Source: Octopus sinensis (lineage: Eukaryota). From it: 5,624 bases of DNA. Shown here one piece after another: positions 1 through 5,624 of the stretch; positions within the stretch are counted from its first letter, which is position 1; every line of letters begins with the position of its first letter. The stretch covers positions 1 to 5,624 of the forward strand of contig NW_021829967.1 of assembly GCF_006345805.1 (NCBI RefSeq), in the 5' to 3' direction. Under the pieces are notes generated by a model. That model did not search any database, was not told the DNA's origin, and saw only the letters and a program-made list of their open reading frames with translations. The position numbers and the translations under genes are program-made.

Positions 1-29
1 ATATAATATAGATAATATTCTATATATAG

Positions 30-298
30 CGAGAGAGAGAGAGAGGAGAGAGAGAGAAAGAGAGAGAGAGAGAGAAAGAAAGAGTGAGGGAGAAAGATAA
101 TATGTGTATATACATATTCACATATATATACACACATACATATATATATGTGCATTATATGTCTATATGTATGTATATATATATATATGTGTGTGTGTGT
201 TTGTGTGTATATATATGTATGTATATGTGTGTATATATATGTATGTATGTTTATGTGTGTATATATATGTATGTATGTTTTTGTATGTTTATGTTTAT
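30..298. repeat. Compound (GA)n then (TA)/(TG)/(TATG)n microsatellite
   Basis: Directly visible simple repeats. Confidence 0.95.
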
Positions 299-312
299 GG
301 CTGGCTACATAA

Positions 313-381
313 ATAGATAGATAGATAGATCGATAGATAAATAGATAATAGATGTAGATAGATAGATAGATCGATAGATAA

Positions 382-474
<93 letters not shown>

Positions 475-478
475 CAGA
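313..478. repeat. (GATA)n tetranucleotide microsatellite, ~40 units
   Basis: Near-perfect AGAT array ending in GACA units. Confidence 0.98.
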
Positions 479-649
479 CAGGAGCAAAAGAGAGCTCTAC
501 GGGATATACTAAGAGATGTGATGTGAAGAATCAGGTATCGAACTGCCATGTGGTGAAATGAATGGAAAAGAATGATTGGCTATTTCGTTCAGTTTGTCTG
601 ACTGCAAATCGATGCCTTTAGGGAAAAGGGAGACACCGCATCTCTGTTG

Positions 650-847
650 TCACATGACTTTCTAGAAACGACAGCCAAATATCCCTCAGATAACCCCTTA
701 CCAATCTATGAAAACAAAGCTCACGTTGAATAATGTAGTTCGGCGCTGCAGTATATTCAAAGTAAAAAGGAGGGAATGTCACCGCTGGAAAGCCTGCGAT
801 CACAGTTGTGCTGAATCAGGACTGACCTGGGGTTAAATAACAACAAT
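650..847 (+). mobile_element. AAC-tailed interspersed repeat (family C), copy 1
   Basis: Anchors shared with the other copies: CTAGAAA 662-668, TCCCTCA 682-688, ATAATGTAG 730-738 and GACCTGGGGTTAAA 824-837, followed by an AAC tail. It may extend upstream to ~590. Confidence 0.65.
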
Positions 848-894
848 ATGGACCAACAACATGACGAAGGGGACGGGACTTTACTTCGCTTCTT

Positions 895-1077
895 TATCTG
901 CTAGAAATAACAACCAAATCTCCCTCATATCTTATTGTCTTACAAAAAAATGAAAAGACGCAGACAATGAAATGCTAGTTAAACCTACATAAGGCAGGAT
1001 GGTCATAACTGGCATTCGTTGATCAAAGGTGGGCCTAGTCAGAGCTGACCCAGGGCTAAAATGACAACAACGACAAC
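895..1077 (+). mobile_element. Family C repeat, copy 2
   Basis: CTAGAAA 901-907, CTCCCTCA 920-927, GGATGGTCA, GACCCAGGGCTAAA 1047-1060, then an ACAACAACGACAAC tail. Confidence 0.65.
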
Positions 1078-1085
1078 ATGAATAA

Positions 1086-1172
1086 CATAATGTAGCTTTA
1101 GAAATGGTGATGGGTGGAATGATTTCGGTCATAGGTTTGCTGGCTTCGGGTTGGCCTAGGGTTAAAGAAGAC
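1086..1172 (+). mobile_element. Family C repeat, copy 3 (3' part only)
   Basis: ATAATGTAG 1087-1095, TGGAATG...GGTCATAGGTTTGCT and GGCCTAGGGTTAAA 1153-1166, collinear with the 3' halves of copies 1 and 2. Confidence 0.6.
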
Positions 1173-1175
1173 GAG

Positions 1176-1260
1176 TGGGTGGGTGGGTGGTAGACAGAGA
1201 AATGCAGACGTCATCATCATAATCACCATCACCGTCAGCATCAGCATCGTAATCATCAAC
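1176..1260. repeat. (GGGT)n and degenerate (CAT)n repeats
   Basis: GGGT units at 1176-1191 and ATC/ACC/AGC triplets at 1211-1260. Confidence 0.8.
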
Positions 1261-1283
1261 GTTTCCTCCTTATCCTTGTATGA

Positions 1284-1299
1284 TAGTAGTAGTAGTAGT

Positions 1300-1344
<45 letters not shown>

Positions 1345-1462
1345 CTACTACTACTACTACTACTACTAATAGTAGTTTTTTATTGCTGCTGTTGTTACAG
1401 TATAGTCGTAGTAGTAGTAGTAATTGTTTTTATTTTTGTTGTTCTTGTTGCAGCGTAGTAGT

Positions 1463-1516
<54 letters not shown>
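1284..1516. repeat. (AGT)n trinucleotide microsatellite with internal (ACT)8 inversion
   Basis: AGT arrays at 1284-1343 and 1456-1516, an ACT array at 1344-1367, and degenerate TGT/AGT triplets between them. Confidence 0.97.
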
Positions 1517-1800
1517 CAAGTGTTTGGTGACCCTGCTCGTGTAACCCTATCCCCTACACAAATGTAAACAAATGCCTACTCCGTCTCTTCGCGGATCGAT
1601 CCCACGGGTTTCATTCTTATTTAGCACAACCCTTCAGGGACAACATACCCGTTTGTCTCCCGGGTGTCTTTGGCGGTGTTCATTCTATTGCACATATCCG
1701 AGCCATATAAGATCTTATCTCATTACTTTTGTAACATCAGTCACGGAAGTGGACGAAGATGCTTATGAACACTTCCTACCCCAGGGTGGGGACCACGTAT
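1517..1800 (-). pseudogene. Decayed 3' end of an RTE-type LINE ORF with (TAC)n tail
   Basis: Minus-strand translation gives VTDVTKVMR*DLIWLGYVQ (WLGYVQ at 1705-1688). After a 1-nt insertion at 1687 it continues RMNTAKDTRETNGYVVPEGLC*IRMKP. This resembles the post-RT LINE motif RRLRWLGHVxRM...W.PEG.R.RGRPK. The element runs directly into (TAC)n on the same strand, consistent with tandem-repeat tails of RTE elements. It has several stops and frameshifts. Confidence 0.45.
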
Positions 1801-1904
1801 AAGGAGTACTGACATACTGAGGTCGCTGACATAGACCATACCCCAGCCTTCATTTGCATAATGGCTTAGTAAACAAATGTCTATCAACTCTCGATTATCG
1901 TTTA

Positions 1905-2101
1905 ATAAAATAACTCTTTCTACTAAAATTTTGGAGGAAGGACCTAGTTAATTATATCGACCCCAGTATCCAACTGGTACTTAATTTATCGACCTTGAAA
2001 GAATGAAAGGCAAAGTCGACCTCGGCGAAATTTGAACTCAGAACATTAAGGTGAAAGACTGGCGCTAAGCACTTTTCTCGGAGTGCCAAAGTTTCTGCAA
2101 T
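1905..2101 (-). mobile_element. tRNA-derived SINE (family B)
   Basis: On the minus strand, B-box-like GAGTTCAAAT (2039-2030) is followed by CGCCGAGGTCGACTTTGCCTTTCATTCTTTCAAGGTCGATAAATTAAGTACCAG...CTGGGGTCGAT. This central motif resembles conserved SINE body domains (recall; exact domain name not verified). The motif is shared with the 3' half of family A. Confidence 0.7.
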
Positions 2102-2269
2102 TTCAAGATGTAAAACTCCAACTCAGTGAAATGGGGACACAGTTTCGATTCCCGTTTGAAATCACTTCACTTTCTTTATAGCTTTAATTATTTCACCAAA
2201 AGAATATCCATCACAACTAGAGTCATGTGTTAGTAAAAGAAAGCAGTCAAACAACACTATAAAGTTGGT

Positions 2270-2422
2270 GCAAACATGGTTGTATGGTTCACTTTACAAT
2301 AACGTGGTTTTGAGTTCAATACTCTCTGCCGCACCTTGGACGAGTGTTTTCGAAAATAATCGCAGGTTAACCAATAGAGTGTTTGTGAAATTAGGTAGAC
2401 AGAACCCACGTGGGAACCCGTC
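2270..2422 (+). mobile_element. Decayed 5' half of SINE family A
   Basis: Collinear with the reverse complement of 4180-4025: TGGTTGTATGG (A box, 2277-2287), GAGTTCAATA (B box, 2312-2321), GCACCTTGGACGAGTGTTTTC (2331-2351; cf. GCACCTTGGGCAAGTGTCTTC), GGTAGACAGAAC (2394-2405) and CCCGTC (2417-2422). Confidence 0.7.
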
Positions 2423-2610
2423 AAGGCATCGTTCCTGTTATTAAGGGTAGGCTTAATCCATCAACCGGTTTAACACCGCTGCCTGATCTTTGGGTGGGTT
2501 GGGGTAGCGGAAGAGTCCGATCTTTGAACTTACGATAATATTGTCTTGTTTTGGAGTCATGTACTTCTTGAAGTGTTCATAGGCGCTGCTCTTATAAGAC
2601 GAATCGGAAA

Positions 2611-2820
2611 CAACCAACAATAACAACAACAACAACACTAGCGACAACAACATCAACAGCACGATTAATATCAACGAAATGGACAACAACAAGAACAGCA
2701 ACATCAACGAGAGAATAAACAATAGCGACACCATTATCAACATCGGTTGATGATACGATATAACATATTCCAAACTCCATCCTACAACAACAACAGCAAC
2801 AACATCAACAAGTACAACAA
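2611..2820. repeat. Degenerate (AAC)n/(CAT)n trinucleotide tract
   Basis: AAC/AGC/ATC triplets, visible directly. Confidence 0.9.
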
Positions 2821-2870
2821 CCTTTTAAGGGGTTGTTGTAGAAGGGAGTTGGTATTTCTGTAAGATATCA
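2821..2870 (-). mobile_element. Family C fragment in inverted orientation
   Basis: The reverse complement CAGAAATACCAACTCCCTTCTACAACAACCCCTTAAAAGG aligns with copy 2 (TAGAAATAACAACCAAATCTCCCTC) and copy 4 (CTCCCTCAGACAACATCCTACCGTCTTAAGTAGG). Confidence 0.4.
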
Positions 2871-2984
2871 ACCAGTTTGACATTTCAGAGAGAAGCAGCA
2901 ACTGAGGAATTTCAGAGAACTTCCCATGTCTCATTATGTAAACTGTGTCAAGGTCTTTGGTAAGTTACAAACAATGGAACCTCT

Positions 2985-3192
2985 ATGAAGTCGTTCGACA
3001 TGCTAGAAAGAGTAGTCAGGTTATCTCCCTCAGACAACATCCTACCGTCTTAAGTAGGAATATAATGGATAATGGAATGTGAGGCCACTATGGGAAAAGG
3101 AAAAGGCTGGAGAGTCATGGATGGAACATGCTGTAACACTGCAATGCTCGATCATGGCCGACACTGGGTTATACAACAAGGGCGACGACGAC
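2985..3192 (+). mobile_element. Family C repeat, copy 4
   Basis: CTAGAAA 3003-3009, CTCCCTCA 3025-3032, GGATAATG and GACACTGGGTTATA 3160-3173, then a CAACAA...GACGACGAC tail. It may extend upstream to ~2925. Confidence 0.55.
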
Positions 3193-3221
3193 AAATTTTA
3201 TTGTCTGGATCTCGTCAACAC

Positions 3222-3250
3222 GACTCGAGTTCAAATCCTACTGAGGTCAG
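3222..3250 (+). mobile_element. Short fragment of SINE family B head (B box region)
   Basis: GAGTTCAAATCCTACTGAGGTC versus family B GAGTTCAAATTTCGCCGAGGTC: an identical 10-mer (3227-3236) plus GAGGTC at the same spacing. Confidence 0.4.
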
Positions 3251-3398
3251 CAATGAACATGATTCTAACTAATCCGGCAACACACACACACTTCACTCTG
3301 AAGATGAAACCGAGAAAGTATAGCGATGCCGATAGATTCAGGAAGTTCTGGGCTCTAAAATAAACGCGAGGAAATATTAAGGAGAGAACAATACTTCC

Positions 3399-3515
3399 AT
3401 ATGTATATATGTGTGTGTGTGTGTGTGTGTGTATGCGTGCTTGCGTATGCGCACACACACACACACACGCACACACTCTCTCTCTCACACACACAGACAC
3501 ACACACATGTACACG
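3399..3515. repeat. (TA)/(TG)n ... (CA)n/(CT)n compound microsatellite
   Basis: TG run ~3410-3432, CA run ~3452-3476, then CT and CA runs. Confidence 0.95.
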
Positions 3516-3645
3516 CAACTGCAGAAGTGTTGATCTGGGTAGCTTGGATGATGATGTGTCATATTCTCCTGGTAAAAGATTAATAAACGACGTCCGAAAT
3601 CTTCCGGGAAATTTTTGCATTTTCTGCACGCTTCCATTCTCCATC

Positions 3646-3646
3646 T

Positions 3647-3704
<58 letters not shown>

Positions 3705-3758
3705 TATCTCTCTCTCTCTCTCTCTGTATATATATATATATATATAATATATATATAT
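3646..3758. repeat. (TC)n followed by (TA)n
   Basis: Directly visible; it abuts the 3' end of SINE A. Confidence 0.97.
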
Positions 3759-3759
3759 T

Positions 3760-3950
3760 ACTTATTTCAGTCATTTGATTGTGACCATGCTGGAGCACCG
3801 CCTTCAGTCGAGTAAATCGACCCCAGGACTTATTCTTTGTAAGCCTAGCACTTATTTTATCGGTCTCTTTTGCCGAACCGCTAAGTTACGGGACGTAAAC
3901 ACACCAACATCGGTTGTCAAGCGATGTTGGGGGAACAAACACAGAAACAC

Positions 3951-3994
<44 letters not shown>

Positions 3995-4180
3995 ATATAT
4001 ATATACATACATATATAGATATATACGACGGGCTTCTTTCAGTTTCCGTCAACCAAATCCACTCACAAGGCTTTGGTCGGCCCGAGGCTATAGTAGAAGA
4101 CACTTGCCCAAGGTGCCACGCAGTGGACTGAACCGCGAACCATGTGGTTGGGAAGCAAGCTACTACCACACAGCCACTCC
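3760..4180 (-). mobile_element. tRNA-derived SINE (family A), near full length, with internal (TA)/(TG) microsatellite
   Basis: The minus strand starts GGAGTGGCTGTGTGG. It has A-box-like TGGCTGTGTGG (4176-4166) and B-box-like GGTTCAGTCC (4134-4125), then CCTTGGGCAAGTG (4113-4101), a typical post-tRNA SINE motif. The 5' part runs to ~4025, simple repeats occupy ~3940-4024, and the 3' part spans ~3935-3760. It resembles abundant octopus SINEs (recall) and aligns with the copy at 2270-2422. Confidence 0.8.
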
Positions 4181-4194
4181 TATATATATATATA

Positions 4195-4233
<39 letters not shown>
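4181..4233. repeat. (TA)n
   Basis: Directly visible; it lies between the SINE A head and the hammerhead unit. Confidence 0.97.
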
Positions 4234-4236
<3 letters not shown>

Positions 4237-4598
4237 TACACCCCCACCGCCCTGCCTGTCCTAGCCACATTCAGATGGCTAACGTCCCTTATGTTATGGA
4301 GCAGTTACTGTCTATATCTCGTTTAGAGAATTATTATTGCTGTCGAACGGATTTTCTACATCAGTAAATGTATTACTGTGAAAATCTTTATATATAGCCT
4401 GCACAGAGAGTCGTTCGTCGAGGGGCGGTGCCTGCCATACGTTGATAATAGGCAAACACCTTGAAACCTAGGTCCGTATGTGGCATCCGCTTCTTCGGGA
4501 ATGATCTCCCTTGCAGGCTAGAGGACGCCGGATGGCGTCAGCCCTCCTGGTGACGTTGATGATCGCCTGGGGCTAAATGCATCAGTAACACCCCCCAC
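4234..4598 (+). mobile_element. Putative retrozyme monomer or solo Penelope-like pseudo-LTR unit carrying the hammerhead
   Basis: Imperfect direct repeats CAGTACACCCCCAC (4234-4247) and CAGTAACACCCCCCAC (4583-4598) lie ~350 nt apart. They bound a non-microsatellite, hairpin-rich segment containing the hammerhead and abut (TA)n and (CA)n(TA)n tracts. The element class is inferred from the known association of type I hammerheads with retrozymes and Penelope-like elements. Confidence 0.45.
4436..4480 (+). ncRNA. Type I hammerhead ribozyme (U3-A8 core variant, palindromic helix III); predicted self-cleavage after GUC at 4474
   Basis: Helix I: CATACG 4436-4441 / CGTATG 4475-4480 (6 bp, perfect). 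Core 3-9: TTGATAA 4442-4448. Helix II: T4449, AGG 4450-4452, loop CAAACA 4453-4458, CCT 4459-4461, T4462. GAAA 4463-4466. Helix III: ACC 4466-4468 / GGT 4471-4473 with a 2-nt TA loop. C17 = 4474. Every element is in the register the hammerhead consensus requires, with no gaps. Helix I continues past an internal loop (4429-4432/4482-4485; 4421-4428/4487-4494). Confidence 0.88.
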
Positions 4599-4636
4599 AC
4601 ACACACACACACGTATATATATATATATATATATAA
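4597..4636. repeat. (CA)n(TA)n
   Basis: Directly visible. Confidence 0.95.
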
Positions 4637-4717
4637 TTTTTCTGTTGTAAAAAAATGGTTTTTCCGTTTTCGTTTCTCGTTGAGTTCTATGTCTAGCTGT
4701 GGTGTCCTGTACTCACG

Positions 4718-4926
4718 TGTATATATATTTATATATGCATGTATATATATACATGTAGATGTAGGTACGTACATATATGTTTGTATGTATGCATATATTT
4801 TATTTATTACACTATTGTTTGACAGCGCCCTTGGCGTCGGGGTCGATTCGATTCGTTCGCTTCGTTCCGTTTCTTATTCTCCCAGTACTGTTTTATATAT
4901 ATATATAATATATATATACGCGTATA
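4718..4926. repeat. TA/TG-rich low-complexity tracts (4718-4800, 4895-4926)
   Basis: Directly visible; interrupted by a short GC-richer stretch. Confidence 0.8.
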
Positions 4927-5094
4927 TCTTTGTTTCTACGTCTCTTTCACGTTTTCCTTTTCTCTTTTTCTTTATGTTAGGTTTTGAGAAATTGGTGATT
5001 TGTGTGGGACTGGGAGATAGGGGAGCAACTATAGAAACAAGTGTGGGGCTTAAAGGTTGTGATTTTGGAAGAATTTAAGGAGCAGATGTAGGAA

Positions 5095-5332
5095 GTGTGT
5101 GTGTGTGTGAATGAAGGAGACAGAAAGAGAGAGAGGAGAGAGAGAGAGACAAACAGAAAGACTATAACGATCAGACATAACGCAAACAACAGCTGGAGCA
5201 GTAGGCGTTAGACGGAAGGAGGAGGAGGAAGAAGGAAGAGAGAATGAGGAGGAGGAGAAGAAGAAGAAGAAGAAGAAGAAGAAGAAGAGAAGAAGAAGAA
5301 GAAGAAGAAGAAGAAGAAGAAGAAGAAGAAGA
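5095..5332. repeat. (TG)n, (GA)n, (GGA)n and (GAA)n polypurine tracts
   Basis: TG 5095-5108, GA ~5115-5160 and GGA/GAA 5214-5332. Confidence 0.95.
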
Positions 5333-5508
5333 ATGTAAGGTGTTAAGGAAGCTGGAGGAGTGAAAAACCAAGAAGTCAGGAAGAGTAAGAGTTAAACGCA
5401 AAACGAATGAGTGAGGGCCAAAATATGGGTTTTTGTTACCCCCGCCACACCACAGCTCTCCTTTCACACCGCCTTTCCAGCATTGAACAATTGAACAATA
5501 AACATCAG

Positions 5509-5509
<1 letters not shown>

Positions 5510-5545
<36 letters not shown>

Positions 5546-5624
5546 CACACGTGTGTATCTCTGTGTGTATATATACACGCATAGAGATATAAGTATATAT
5601 GCACACATATATATGTGCACGCAC
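5510..5624. repeat. (TA)n/(CA)/(TG) compound microsatellite
   Basis: Directly visible. Confidence 0.95.

Noticed and set aside
1595-1640. Minus-strand CTGAAGG...GAAACCCGTGGGATC hammerhead-like words
   Set aside because: Position 9 is G, helix II is absent, helix III is out of register, and the stretch lies within the LINE remnant.
1764-2581. 12-bp inverted repeat TATGAACACTTC (1764-1775) / GAAGTGTTCATA (2570-2581)
   Set aside because: A match of this length is plausible by chance in a window this size, and there is no TSD or other sign of transposon ends.
3072-3272. ORF MECEATMGKGKGWRVMDG resembling a LINE C-terminus
   Set aside because: The DNA aligns better with the non-coding family C repeat copies at 650-1172; the peptide similarity is too weak.
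3298-3335. CTGAAGA followed by GAAA: second hammerhead?
   Set aside because: No helix II of more than 1 bp, no A15.1-U16.1 closure with NUH, and no helix I complementarity.
3410-3476. (TG)n-spacer-(CA)n fold-back and small palindromes at 5543-5558 and 5604-5617
   Set aside because: Trivial consequence of adjacent complementary dinucleotide repeats.
3525-3575. Possible exons near 3525-3571 on either strand
   Set aside because: The + strand candidate lacks a pyrimidine tract and the - strand candidate lacks a good donor.
4387-4397. TATATATA just upstream of the ribozyme rod as a TATA box
   Set aside because: TA runs are ubiquitous here, so it is uninformative without transcript data.
4556-4590. 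TTGATGA as a snoRNA box C
   Set aside because: No matching box D (CTGA) with a terminal stem downstream.
4878-5017. 9-bp inverted repeat TCTCCCAGT / ACTGGGAGA
   Set aside because: Short, not extendable and expected by chance.
84-5620. All 24 ORFs in the supplied track
   Set aside because: Nearly all are dominated by translated microsatellites (YI/CV, LSIY, poly-V/L/S, HT) or lie within SINE-like repeats. None has a recognisable domain.
1-5624. CRISPR array, rRNA, true tRNA or prokaryotic features
   Set aside because: No regularly spaced repeats with unique spacers and no rRNA similarity. The tRNA-like boxes belong to SINE heads lacking a full cloverleaf.

Overview
Eukaryotic, AT-rich, microsatellite-saturated non-coding DNA (intron or intergenic). 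The interspersed repeats look like the tRNA-derived SINEs I recall from octopus genomes; that host assignment is recall, not a database result. No credible protein-coding gene is present, and almost all supplied ORFs are translations of simple repeats. The window holds many microsatellites, two tRNA-headed SINE families, five diverged pieces of an AAC-tailed repeat and a probable decayed RTE-type LINE 3' end. The standout is a complete type I hammerhead ribozyme on the + strand at 4436-4480, with predicted cleavage GUC|C between 4474 and 4475. It has a compensated U3-A8 core (UUGAUAA instead of CUGAUGA), a Schistosoma-like loop II and U1.7, and a palindromic helix III (ACCUAGGU). It sits in a strongly base-paired ~350-nt unit bounded by imperfect direct repeats, suggesting a retrozyme or Penelope-like pseudo-LTR.
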